From assembly GCA_963666055.2 (NCBI GenBank), contig CAXWPH010000002.1:32001-96000 (forward strand): a stretch of DNA of 64,000 bases. Direction: 5' to 3'. Shown here in pieces: positions 53,445 through 62,995 of the stretch. Origin of the DNA: Acidobacteriota bacterium. GTDB lineage: Bacteria > Acidobacteriota > UBA890 > WLXD01. The stretch's first letter is position 1, and each line of letters begins with the position of its first letter. The position numbers and the translations under genes were made by a program. The notes beneath the pieces are model-generated. The model searched no databases and was not told the DNA's origin. It worked only from the letters and a program-made list of their open reading frames with translations.

Positions 53445-56176
53445 CGCTTCAACTCCTCCTGTGGGCTCGGGTCGCCGTCGTGCCGTGGCCGGGGCGCATT
53501 GGCCGGTCGCCCGTCCCCCTCCTCGTCGTCACTCGTGACCATCTGGCGCTCCAACAGCATCTCCTTTTCCTCGGCTAGCGCAGCGCGCATTTCCATGTCG
53601 TGCCGACGATCGAAGTACACTTGGCCGTCGACGATCGTCCGCTCTACGACCGCATAGTTGCTGAGCGGGTCGTTGCTGTAGATCACCAGGTCGGCGTCCT
53701 TGCCGACCTCGATCGAGCCGACGCGGTCATCGATGCCGAGCTGGATCGCCGGGTTGAGGGTCACCAGCCGTATGGCCTCGTCGCGGGTGTTGCCACCCCA
53801 TTTGATCGTCTTGGCGGCCTCCAGATTGAGATGCCGCATCTCCTCACCGGAGTCGGAGTTGATCGACACCACCACGCCGCGATCGGTCATCAGCGCGGCG
53901 TTGTGCGGAATCGCCTCGTAGGCCTCGACCTTGTAGCCCCACCAATCGGAGAATGTCGAGGCGCCGGCGCCGTGCTCGGCAATCTCGTCGGCCACCCGGT
54001 AGCCTTCCAGCACGTGCTGCAGGGTGGCGATGCGGAAGCCGAAATCCTCGGCGGTTCGTAGCAGCTGCAGGATCTCGTCGGCCCGGTACGAGTGGGCGTG
54101 TACCAGGCGCGTGCCCTCGAGGATCTCCACCAGCGGCTCCAGCTTGAGGTCACGGCGAGGCGGAATGATGCCCTCGTCGCCGGCGGCGAGCGCCTGTTCG
54201 TAGCGGCGCCCTTCGGCCTGGTATGCCTGAGCGTCGAGAAACGCCTGGCGGATGACATCCTGCACGCCCATGCGCGAATTGGGGTAGCGGTCCGGATCAC
54301 GGTCACGCTTGGTGTTCTCACCCAGCGCGAACTTGATGCCCTGCGGCGCGCCCTCGAACATCAACCCCTGCGCGTTGGCGCCCCAGCGCAGCTTCACCAC
54401 GGCGTTTTGGCCGCCGATCGGGTTGGCTGAGCCGTGCAGGATGTTGGCGGAGGTGACCCCGCCCGCCAGGGCCCGATAGATCGACACCTGGTCGGGGTTG
54501 AGCACGTCGCGGATGCCGACCATTGCCGAGACCGAGACGCTACCTTCGTTGATCGATTCGGCAGCGATGTGCGAGTGGGCGTCGACGATGCCGGGAATTA
54601 CCCACTTGCCGGTAGCGTCGATCACCTGGGCGCCGGCCGGCGCGTCGACGTTGGTGCCGATCGATGCGATGCGTCCATCGCGGATGAGCAGCGAAGCGTT
54701 CTCGAGGGTGCCGGCTGCGCTTACCGTCATTATGGTGGCGTTGCGCACCACAGTAACGGCGTGCTCGCTCACCGGGCCCCGGTCGCGCACCATCGGTACG
54801 GGTTCGTACGTCTCGACGTCGGCGTCATTCTCTCCGTCATCGCCGACCGAGTCGTCAACCGGGGCGCTGTCGAAGCGCTGACCATCGACGATGACCGTGC
54901 GGATGCGCGTGCCGGCGTCGAACAGATCGCCGTCGGCGAGCGCGATGTTGGCGATCTTGCCGACCTCGATGCTCCCCAGTCGGTCGTCGACGCCGAAGAT
55001 CTCGGCTGCGCCCAGGGTCAGGGCTCGTAGGGCAGCGGCTTCGGGCAGCCCGGCGCGTACCGCCAACCGAGCGTTGTCGAGCAACTCGTCCGGATCGCTC
55101 ATGTCCCCGGAGTAGAACGCGAAGCGCACTCCGGCGGCGTGAAGCGCCGCTGGCGCGGTCGGGGCGCGGTCACGATAGCGCAATACCTGAAGTGATTCCT
55201 CGGCGTTGGGATCGCCGTCGGGGTCACGCTCAGGCCAATCGAGGTTGATCAGCACCGCTACGTCGGCTGCCGCCAGCGTCTCTGTCACGGCCCAGGCCTG
55301 GCGGCCTCCGTAGAGGATCGGTCGCACGCCGACGGTGCGCGCGATGCGCAGTGCGCGCTCGATCTCGCGCGCCCAATCGGCAGGTAGCAGCACGGGCCAG
55401 TCATCACGCACCGCGGCTCGCAAGGGCTCCAGCGTACGGTCGTACTCGGGCCGCTCGGTGCCAACGGGCGAGGATTCGTAGATCGACCAGGCCTGCTCGT
55501 AGTGTTGGGCGTCGAGCAACAGCTGCTTCACGTAGGCGATGATGCCCATGATCGAGCCCGGGTAACCCTCGAATGCGCGACCTTTGTTGAAGCTCACCGG
55601 TAGCGCCACCGGCGTGGCCACGACCATGTCGTTGGGGCGTTCTCCGCTGAGGTCGATGATCGAGGCCTGCCCAGGGAACAGGCCACGCTCCGGTGCCGAC
55701 ACGACGGTGGTGAAGCCGGCAGCGCGCCACGCGGCGATCCGCGTGTCCTCGGTGTCCAGGTGATCCGCCGCACTGATCCAGGTGAACGTGGCAGGGCGGT
55801 CCTCCGGACCCCGGGCGTAGTCGTCGTTCGCGTCTTCCGCTCCGCCGCCGCTGCGGCTGTTGTCCGCCCGATCGCGCAGCTCCGCAGGCAGCCCGACGGT
55901 GGATAGCGCGTCGATGAGGCCGGGGTAGGCGGTCAAGCCCGAGCCGTCGATGCTCCAGGCACCCGCCGGTGCGGTGACTTCGGCGCCGACCGCGGCGATC
56001 AAGCCGTTCCGAACGACGATGGTGCCGCGGTCGACCACCGAGCCATCGCCCACCACGATGCGCACGTCCTTGATCGCGAAGTGGGGCGGCGGCGCTTGGG
56101 CGACTGCGCTGTGGGCGAGAGCGACAAAGCCGATGGTGAGGGTCACCGCCAGGCGCCGGGTGGGCCTGTTGAGCAT
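53441..56176 (-). CDS. Tandem two-domain amidohydrolase
   Basis: Domain 1 YPGLIDALST (no HxH); domain 2 PGIVDAHSH, LHGSANPIGG, KFALGEN, HSYRADE, INSDS. Confidence 0.85.
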   Translation of the reverse strand: MLNRPTRRLAVTLTIGFVALAHSAVAQAPPPHFAIKDVRIVVGDGSVVDRGTIVVRNGLIAAVGAEVTAPAGAWSIDGSGLTAYPGLIDALSTVGLPAELRDRADNSRSGGGAEDANDDYARGPEDRPATFTWISAADHLDTEDTRIAAWRAAGFTTVVSAPERGLFPGQASIIDLSGERPNDMVVATPVALPVSFNKGRAFEGYPGSIMGIIAYVKQLLLDAQHYEQAWSIYESSPVGTERPEYDRTLEPLRAAVRDDWPVLLPADWAREIERALRIARTVGVRPILYGGRQAWAVTETLAAADVAVLINLDWPERDPDGDPNAEESLQVLRYRDRAPTAPAALHAAGVRFAFYSGDMSDPDELLDNARLAVRAGLPEAAALRALTLGAAEIFGVDDRLGSIEVGKIANIALADGDLFDAGTRIRTVIVDGQRFDSAPVDDSVGDDGENDADVETYEPVPMVRDRGPVSEHAVTVVRNATIMTVSAAGTLENASLLIRDGRIASIGTNVDAPAGAQVIDATGKWVIPGIVDAHSHIAAESINEGSVSVSAMVGIRDVLNPDQVSIYRALAGGVTSANILHGSANPIGGQNAVVKLRWGANAQGLMFEGAPQGIKFALGENTKRDRDPDRYPNSRMGVQDVIRQAFLDAQAYQAEGRRYEQALAAGDEGIIPPRRDLKLEPLVEILEGTRLVHAHSYRADEILQLLRTAEDFGFRIATLQHVLEGYRVADEIAEHGAGASTFSDWWGYKVEAYEAIPHNAALMTDRGVVVSINSDSGEEMRHLNLEAAKTIKWGGNTRDEAIRLVTLNPAIQLGIDDRVGSIEVGKDADLVIYSNDPLSNYAVVERTIVDGQVYFDRRHDMEMRAALAEEKEMLLERQMVTSDDEEGDGRPANAPRPRHDGDPSPQEELKR

Positions 56177-56370
56177 GGAGGAGCTCCTGCGAGATGGGGG
56201 TCAGGAAAGGGCCCATAGACTATGTTGCAGGCCAACGGCGATCCACGGAGTACCGTGCCAGGTGTGCAAGTTCCTCGCCGTTGCGCGTCTCAGGCTCGAA
56301 GGCACGTCAAGGCGCCGCGGCGGCGGGACAGTGCGACACTAGGGGCCGTTGATCAACCAGCGAGGACACC

Positions 56371-57600
56371 GTGAAAACTTCCGAGGAACACCCGAACCGA
56401 ACCCGTAGGCATTGCGTCGCCGCCATCGGACTGATCCTTACCGTCGCCACAGCGGTCCCCGGTGTTGCCCAGGAGCGCGCCGCGACGAGCCTCACCATCT
56501 ACTCGCAGGGCCTGGCGCTGGTACGCGCCGAGCTCGACCGGCCGCTACCCGCCGGCACCCACGCCGTTCGCATCGACGGTCTGCCGACCAGCGTCGAGCA
56601 GGCCAGCCTCATCGTGCTCAACCCCGGTGCCGTCTTGCAGGGTGTGCGCGGGTACCGAACGTACGAGGGTGGCAGCGCCGTGGGCGCTTCGTTGGTAGTC
56701 GACATCGAGCTGTCGGAGCCGGTCCAGACGCTGCGCATCGCGTACCTGGCCCGGGGTATCGACTGGTCGGCTTCCTACACCATGCAGGTGGCTCCTGACC
56801 AGCGCTCGGCTCGCATTGATGGGTACGCCAGCATCAGCAACGGCTCGGGGGCCCGCTTTACCGACGCCGAGGTTCAGCTGTTGGCTGGCGACGTCAACGT
56901 CGCTTCGCCGCGGCGCCAGGCCTTTCGGGCAATGGAGGCCGTTGCCGTGGCGGCGGTTTCGGCCGCGCCGGAAGTGCAGGAGGAGGCGTTCGCCGGGTAC
57001 CACGTCTATACGGTCTCCGAGCCGCTGATGATCGAACCAGGGGAGTCGCGTCGCATCCGCCTGATGGGCGGCGATGCCATCGCGGTGGTGAAGGAGTACG
57101 TGTTGACCGGGGGCGTCAGCCCGCGCCAGCGACAGCCAGAACCGCAGCCAGTCGCTGTGGGTGTTCGCTACCGTGTCGGCAGGACGATCGAGACCGAGTT
57201 CGGTGTCGTCCCGCTGCCGGCCGGGACGGTGCGCATCTACAGCCCCGATCCCGGCGGCCGGCTGCAGTTGCTCGGTGTGTCCCGGATCGGCAATACCCCG
57301 GCCGGCCAAGAGCTCCTGCTGTCGGTGGGGCGCGCCTTCGACGTTACCGCGGTGCGATCGCAGACCGGATTCCGCCGCGTCGCCAACAACGAGCGCGAGT
57401 CCGACTGGAGCCTGAAGCTGAGCAACGTCTCCGCCCAGGAGGTCACCGTACAGGTCATCGAGCGCATCGTTGGTGACTGGCGAATTCTCAGCTCCAGCCA
57501 TGAACCGCAGATCATCTCGGCGGCGGCGGTCCGCTTCGACGTGACTGTGCCGGCCGGCGGGGAGGCGGAGCTGCTGTACAGCGTGTCCGTCCGCAGCTAG
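56371..57600 (+). CDS. DUF4139 domain secreted protein
   Basis: SLTIYSQGLALVR, YL..GIDWSASY, LLAGDVN, YHVY, PLPAG.VRIY. Confidence 0.8.
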   Translation: MKTSEEHPNRTRRHCVAAIGLILTVATAVPGVAQERAATSLTIYSQGLALVRAELDRPLPAGTHAVRIDGLPTSVEQASLIVLNPGAVLQGVRGYRTYEGGSAVGASLVVDIELSEPVQTLRIAYLARGIDWSASYTMQVAPDQRSARIDGYASISNGSGARFTDAEVQLLAGDVNVASPRRQAFRAMEAVAVAAVSAAPEVQEEAFAGYHVYTVSEPLMIEPGESRRIRLMGGDAIAVVKEYVLTGGVSPRQRQPEPQPVAVGVRYRVGRTIETEFGVVPLPAGTVRIYSPDPGGRLQLLGVSRIGNTPAGQELLLSVGRAFDVTAVRSQTGFRRVANNERESDWSLKLSNVSAQEVTVQVIERIVGDWRILSSSHEPQIISAAAVRFDVTVPAGGEAELLYSVSVRS

Positions 57601-57628
57601 CCGGTGTGATCACCGGTGCGACGCCGGG

Positions 57629-57662
57629 CCAGGCCCGCCACACTTTCACCGCGGTCTGCCAG
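57629..57662. repeat. Solo right-end TIR of the E1/E2 family
   Basis: CCAGGCCCGCCACACTTTCACCGCGGTCTG-CCAG compared with the E1 right end CCAGGCCCGCTACACTTCCACCACGGCCTG. Confidence 0.75.
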
Positions 57663-57674
57663 GACGACCCTCGC

Positions 57675-57702
57675 TTGACAGCAGGCGCCGGCACACGAGA
57701 AT
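57675..57702 (+). promoter_or_regulatory. Putative sigma70 promoter of the M20-M20-argF operon
   Basis: TTGACA-N16-GAGAAT about 80 nt upstream of a GGGAGG RBS and GTG start. Confidence 0.35.
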
Positions 57703-57779
57703 GATCGGGCGACGGCTCCCCCACTCCACTGCGGATCGTTGCCCGCCGTCTTGTACGCCCGCCTAAGCAGGGAGGTCCC

Positions 57780-59429
57780 GTGGATCCTGCATCCCGCTAT
57801 CGTCTAAAGCGCATCCTGGTCATGTTGTTGTTGGTCGCCTGCGCCCCTGCTCTCACCGGCGCGACCGCAGTAGCGCAGCGTCCGTCGGCCGAGGCGCTGA
57901 AGGAGCAGGTGCGCGAGATCGTCGGCTCTATGAAGAAGCAGTCGCAGGTCATTGTCGACTCGATCTTCTCGTTCGCCGAGCTCGGGTTTCAGGAACACGA
58001 GACGGTCAAGTTGGTCACCGGCCTGCTGCGCGACGAGGGCTTCGACATAGAAACAGGCTGTGCCGGTATGCCGACTTGCTACGTCGCCAGCTGGGGACAT
58101 GGCAAACCGGTGATCGGCCTCATGGGCGACATCGACGGGTTACCGGAGACTTCGCAGAAACCCGGTGTTGCGTACCATGACCCGCTGATCGAAGGCGGCC
58201 CCGGCCACGGCGAGGGACACAACAGCGCGGCTGCAGTGGACGTGGTGGCGGCGGTGGCCATCAAGCGGGTCATGGAGGCGCACGGCCTCGAGGGCACCAT
58301 CAAGGTGATTCCCGGGGTGGCCGAGGAGCTGGTGGCGTCGCGTACCTACATGGTGAACGACGGGCTGTTCGAGGGGATGGACGTGATGATCTCCCCACAT
58401 ATCGGCAGCACGCTCGCTGTCGGATACGGTGCCTGGGGCTCCGGCATGGTGTCGACGCAGTTCACCTTCCATGGCACCTCGGCGCACGGTGCCGGCTCTC
58501 CTTGGGCTGGGCGCAGCGCGCTCGACGCCGTCGAGCTGATGAATGTCGGCTGGAACTTCCGCCGCGAGCACCTGCGACTGCACCAGCGATCACACTACAT
58601 AATCCCGCATGGCGGCAACCAGCCGAACGTCGTGCCGTCAGAAGCGAGCGTTTGGTACTACTTCCGCGAGCTGGACTACGACCGCATCAAGGAGCTCCAC
58701 GAGCTCGGCAAGACCATGGCGGAAGCGGCGGCGATGATGATGACCGGCACCACGGTTACGGAGCGTGTGCTGGGCGTCGCGTGGCCACCCAACGACAGCA
58801 AGCCGCTGGCCGAGCTGATGCACGACAACATCCTGGAGGTCGGTCTGCCGAAGTGGTCAGAGGCCGACCAGAACCTGGCCCGAGCCGTGCAGCGAGAGCT
58901 GGGGGTACTCGGCGAGCGTGACTTCTTCGGCCAGCTCGCCGACGGATTGCCGACGGAGATCACAAGCGAAGAGGCGATTGCCTTCGAACAGGGAATGGGC
59001 GGCGGATCGGACGACATCGCCGAGGTGTCGTGGAACGTCCCGACCGTACGCCTGTGGTACCCGGGCAACATCCCCGGGGCCATTGCGCACCACTGGTCAT
59101 CCTCCATCTCCATGGCGACACCAATCGCCCACGAGGGCGCCAATTACGCGGCGCGGGTCATCGCCATGACGGTGATCGACTTGCTCACCGATCCCGCCAG
59201 GGTGGAAGAAGCTTGGGCCTATTTCCGCGAGGTCACCACCAAGGACTATCAGTGGAGGTCGCTCATTCCCGAGGGCACGCCGCCGCCTGTTCACATGAAC
59301 GCCGACAAGATGGCCCGGTATCGTCCGCAGCTTGAGGCGCTGCGCTACGACCCGACCCGGTTCGAAACCTACCTCGAACAGCTGGGAATCGAGTACCCCA
59401 CGGTCCGAGACCCCCAGCAAGAAGACTAG
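57780..59429 (+). CDS. Secreted M20 amidohydrolase (AbgB-like), paralog 1
   Basis: [38 protein letters not shown]. Confidence 0.85.
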   Translation: MDPASRYRLKRILVMLLLVACAPALTGATAVAQRPSAEALKEQVREIVGSMKKQSQVIVDSIFSFAELGFQEHETVKLVTGLLRDEGFDIETGCAGMPTCYVASWGHGKPVIGLMGDIDGLPETSQKPGVAYHDPLIEGGPGHGEGHNSAAAVDVVAAVAIKRVMEAHGLEGTIKVIPGVAEELVASRTYMVNDGLFEGMDVMISPHIGSTLAVGYGAWGSGMVSTQFTFHGTSAHGAGSPWAGRSALDAVELMNVGWNFRREHLRLHQRSHYIIPHGGNQPNVVPSEASVWYYFRELDYDRIKELHELGKTMAEAAAMMMTGTTVTERVLGVAWPPNDSKPLAELMHDNILEVGLPKWSEADQNLARAVQRELGVLGERDFFGQLADGLPTEITSEEAIAFEQGMGGGSDDIAEVSWNVPTVRLWYPGNIPGAIAHHWSSSISMATPIAHEGANYAARVIAMTVIDLLTDPARVEEAWAYFREVTTKDYQWRSLIPEGTPPPVHMNADKMARYRPQLEALRYDPTRFETYLEQLGIEYPTVRDPQQED

Positions 59430-59613
59430 TGGCCTGTAACAGATGATCGTTGCATATCGTGGTCGCCATCCTGCGGACAGATGGGCAGTTGCGGGCGATC
59501 TCGGCGTTGCGCCTCCTCGACGATGCCCATTGCATCGCCTTCCTCGCCGCGCCTTGATCTCACCCGCAAATCCCATCTGCGATGTGCAACGATCATCTGT
59601 TACAGGCCACTCG
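59426..59613. mobile_element. Palindromic element E3 at the CTAG stop of paralog 1
   Basis: 32-bp TIR AGTGGCCTGTAACAGATGATCGTTGCATATCG (31/32), internal stems CAGATGGG/CCCATCTG and TTGCGGG/CCCGCAA, same core motif as E1/E2. Confidence 0.82.
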
Positions 59614-59636
59614 ACATACTGATTCGGAGGAAACCC

Positions 59637-61262
59637 ATGCCGCGTAACCACTCTCCTCGTTCACCTCGGTGCCTTGCTGCCGCCGTCGGCGCGCTGTCGA
59701 TCGGCTTCTTGGGCGTTGGTGGCTTGTCGGCGCAGCAGCGGCCTTCCGCCGAAGCGCTGAAGGAAGAGGCGCGCGAGATCGTCGGCTCCATGCGCAAGCA
59801 ATCGCAGGTCATGGTCGACTCGATCTTCTCGTTCGGCGAGCTCGGCTTCCAGGAGTACCAGACCGCCGCGTACATCACCGGGATGCTGCGCGACGAGGGG
59901 TTCGACATCCAGATGGGATGCGCCGGGATGCCCACCTGCTACGTCGCCAGCTGGGGCGTGGGCAAGCCGGTGATCGGAATCATGGGTGATATCGACGGGC
60001 TACCGGAGACCTCACAGAAGCCCGGTGTCGCGTACCACGATCCGCTGATCGAAGGCGGGCCGGGACACGGGGAAGGCCACAACAGCGCCGGTGCGGTCGA
60101 CACGATCGCCGCCATCGCCATCAAACGGGTGATGGAGGTTCACGGCCTTCGAGGCACGATCAAGGTGATTCCCGGGGTTGCCGAGGAGCTGGTGTCGTCG
60201 CGCACCTATATGGTCAACGACGGGCTCTTCGCCGATATGGACGTCATGCTGTCGACCCACATCAGCGACAACATGAGCGCCCGCTGGGGGATTTCCGGCT
60301 CCGGGTTGGTATCGACGCAGTTCACCTTCCACGGCACCTCGGCGCACGGCGCGGGCTCTCCCTGGGCCGGACGCAGCGCGCTCGACGCGGTGGAGCTGAT
60401 GAACGTCGGCTGGAACTTTCGCCGCGAACATCTGCGTCTGCACCAACGGTCGCACTACATAATTCCGCATGGTGGCAATCAGCCAAACGTCGTGCCGTCG
60501 GAGGCCAGCGTCTGGTACTACTTCCGCGAGCTCGACTACGACCGCATCAAAGAGCTGCACGAGCTTGGCCGCACCATGGCCGAGGCCGCCAGCATGATGA
60601 CCGGTACCGAGGTTACCGAGCGTGTCTTCGGAGCGGCCTGGCCCTCCAGCATGAGCAAGCCGCTCGCCGAGCTCATGCACGCCAACATCCTGGAGGTGGG
60701 GCTGCCCGAGTGGAGCGAGGCAGACCAGCAGCTCGCCCGCGCGTTGCAGCGTGAGCTCGGAAGCGACGAGATCGAGGGCCTGCCCACCGAGCTGAGCGAC
60801 GAGGAGCTACAGGAATCGGATCAGGGGATGGGGGGTGGCTCGGATGACATCGCCGAGGTTTCGTGGAACCTACCCACGATTCGATTGCGCTATCCCGGCA
60901 ACATTCCCGGGCGCACCGGGCACCACTGGTCGTCGGGCATCGCCATGGCGACACCGATCGCCCACAAGGGCGCCAACTACGCTTCTCGCGTGATCGCCAT
61001 GACGGCGATCGACCTATTCGCCAACCCTGAGAAGGTCGAGGAAGCGTGGAAGTACCACCGCGAGGTGACTACCAAGGATCGTCAGTGGGAGTCGCTCGTC
61101 CCCGAGGGGACCGAGCCGCCGATCTTTCTCAACGCCGAGAAGATGGAACGCTACCGTGCGCGGCTCGACGAGCTGCGCTACGACCCGGCACGTTTCGACA
61201 CCTATCTCGAACAGCTCGGCATTGACTATCCGACGGTGCGTGAAGCCGAAGATCGCGAATGA
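59637..61262 (+). CDS. Secreted M20 amidohydrolase (AbgB-like), paralog 2
   Basis: Same motifs as paralog 1; GGAGG RBS before ATG 59637. Confidence 0.85.
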   Translation: MPRNHSPRSPRCLAAAVGALSIGFLGVGGLSAQQRPSAEALKEEAREIVGSMRKQSQVMVDSIFSFGELGFQEYQTAAYITGMLRDEGFDIQMGCAGMPTCYVASWGVGKPVIGIMGDIDGLPETSQKPGVAYHDPLIEGGPGHGEGHNSAGAVDTIAAIAIKRVMEVHGLRGTIKVIPGVAEELVSSRTYMVNDGLFADMDVMLSTHISDNMSARWGISGSGLVSTQFTFHGTSAHGAGSPWAGRSALDAVELMNVGWNFRREHLRLHQRSHYIIPHGGNQPNVVPSEASVWYYFRELDYDRIKELHELGRTMAEAASMMTGTEVTERVFGAAWPSSMSKPLAELMHANILEVGLPEWSEADQQLARALQRELGSDEIEGLPTELSDEELQESDQGMGGGSDDIAEVSWNLPTIRLRYPGNIPGRTGHHWSSGIAMATPIAHKGANYASRVIAMTAIDLFANPEKVEEAWKYHREVTTKDRQWESLVPEGTEPPIFLNAEKMERYRARLDELRYDPARFDTYLEQLGIDYPTVREAEDRE

Positions 61263-62260
61263 GCGTCGACCTGCGGAATCGCAGCTTCGTCAAGCTGCTC
61301 GACTTCAGCCCCGAGGAGATCGGCTATCTGCTCGATCTGTCGGCCGAGCTCAAGGCGGCGAAGCAGGCGCACACCGAGCGGCCTTCGCTGGTCGGCAAGA
61401 ACATCGCGCTGATCTTCGAGAAGGCCTCGACGCGCACCCGCTGTGCCTTCGAGGTGGCGGCGTACGATCAGGGAGCCCATACCACCTGCCTGGGGCCGAG
61501 CGGCTCGCAGATCGGTCACAAGGAGACGATGAAGGACACCGCCCGGGTGCTCGGTCGCATGTATGACGGCATTGAGTACCGCGGCTTCAAGCAGGCGACC
61601 TGCGAAGAGCTCGCCGAGCATGCCGGCGTGCCGGTGTGGAACGGGCTGACTGACGAGTTTCATCCCACCCAGATGTTGGGTGACGTGCTCACCATGAGCG
61701 AGAACTGCGACAAGCCTCGCCGCGAGATCGCCTACTGCTATCTGGGCGACGCACGCAACAACATGGGCAACTCGCTGCTCGTGGTCGGCGCCAAGCTGGG
61801 CATGGATGTGCGCATCGCCGCGCCAGAGAGCCTTTGGCCCGAGGAGGGGCTCCGGTCCACCTGCGAGGCCATCGCCTCAGAGACCGGCGCGCGGCTGACC
61901 TTCACCGAGAGTGTTGCCGACGGCGTGGCGGGGGTCGATTTCGTCCATACCGACGTCTGGGTGTCGATGGGCGAGCCGGACGAAGTTTGGCAGCAGCGCA
62001 TCGAGCTGCTGCGGCCCTACCAGGTGAACGGCGAGGCGATGCGGTTGACCGGCAACCCCGATGCCCGTTTCATGCATTGCCTGCCAGCGTTCCACAATCG
62101 TGACACGAAGGTAGGCGCGGAGGTTTTTCAGAAGTTCGGCCTCGACGGCGTCGAGGTTACCGACGAGGTGTTCGAATCACCGGCGGCGATCGTCTTCGAG
62201 CAGGCCGAGAATCGCATGCACACCATCAAGGCGGTAATGGTGGCGACCTTGACCGGATAG
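61259..62260 (+). CDS. argF: Ornithine carbamoyltransferase
   Basis: [31 protein letters not shown]. Confidence 0.93.
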   Translation: MSVDLRNRSFVKLLDFSPEEIGYLLDLSAELKAAKQAHTERPSLVGKNIALIFEKASTRTRCAFEVAAYDQGAHTTCLGPSGSQIGHKETMKDTARVLGRMYDGIEYRGFKQATCEELAEHAGVPVWNGLTDEFHPTQMLGDVLTMSENCDKPRREIAYCYLGDARNNMGNSLLVVGAKLGMDVRIAAPESLWPEEGLRSTCEAIASETGARLTFTESVADGVAGVDFVHTDVWVSMGEPDEVWQQRIELLRPYQVNGEAMRLTGNPDARFMHCLPAFHNRDTKVGAEVFQKFGLDGVEVTDEVFESPAAIVFEQAENRMHTIKAVMVATLTG

Positions 62261-62322
62261 TCTCGCTGGCCTGCCGCCGCTTCGACACCGACCGGTACCA
62301 CAGTCCAACAAGGAGAGCTGGA

Positions 62323-62625
62323 ATGGCTGCCTACATGATCGGCATTGGGCGTATCGATGACCCGGAGCGCTTCGGCAAGTACCTGGAGGCGGTCCCGGCA
62401 ACGGTGATGAGCTTCGGGGGGGAAGTGCTCGGAATCGAGGATCCGGCCGAAGTGCTCGAGGGCACCGCGCCGTACCCGCGGGTCGTCTTGTTGCGCTTCC
62501 CGTCGAAGGAAGACGCGCGGGCGTGGAAGAGCTCGCCGGAATACCAGGACATCGTCGAGCACCGGCTCGCTTCATCGGAACACGTACTGTCTCTGGTGGA
62601 CGAGTTTGTAATGCCGGCGGAATGA
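62323..62625 (+). CDS. DUF1330 domain protein
   Basis: AAYMI, DPERF..Y, FGGE.L, LEG....RVVLLRFPS.EDARAW..SPEYQ. Confidence 0.88.
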   Translation: MAAYMIGIGRIDDPERFGKYLEAVPATVMSFGGEVLGIEDPAEVLEGTAPYPRVVLLRFPSKEDARAWKSSPEYQDIVEHRLASSEHVLSLVDEFVMPAE

Positions 62626-62655
62626 AGGCCTGCTGCGAGGCGGTCGAGCAACCGG

Positions 62656-62906
62656 TTGGTGGACACGGGCGGCGTACTGCGGAGTAAGTTCGACGCCTTC
62701 CAGCGGGGCTGACCCTGATCAAGATCTTCGACGCCGATACTGGGGCAGAGCAGGCTCGTTTCAAGCATCGCTTCGGTAGGAAGCGGGCAGTCACCGTCGC
62801 CGCGTGTGATCTCGATGCGGACGGGTTCGCGGAGGTGCTCGCCGCCGGCGGCGGGCGTGTACGGATCTGGGACGGTGAGACGCTCGAGTCGGAGACGACG
62901 TTCTGA
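62656..62906 (+). pseudogene. Remnant of an FG-GAP/VCBS-like repeat gene
   Basis: LVDTGGVLRSKFDAF, then in a shifted frame LIKIFDADTG...VTVAACDLDADGFAEVLAAGGGRVRIWDG; no continuous ORF. Confidence 0.5.
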
Positions 62907-62995
62907 CCCGACCGCGACGGACCCGATGATCTCGCCATCTCCTGTGCTTCCCTTTGAACCGCGTCGTTGGCTAACGCCAAGAGCGGGGGCGGGTC

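Noticed and set aside
58730-58745. ATGATGATG giving one extra Met relative to paralog 2
   Set aside because: An in-frame triplet slip or consensus error with no evident functional signal
22766-59613. Repeats as a CRISPR array or integron attC sites
   Set aside because: They are dispersed rather than regularly spaced, there is no cas or intI gene, and the ends lack RYYYAAC/GTTRRRY cores
59481-59636. N-terminal extension of the second M20 ORF
   Set aside because: It lies inside element E3; the better start is ATG 59637 with a GGAGG RBS and signal peptide
58450-60570. Recent gene conversion between the M20 paralogs
   Set aside because: Many synonymous differences persist within the amino-acid-identical block
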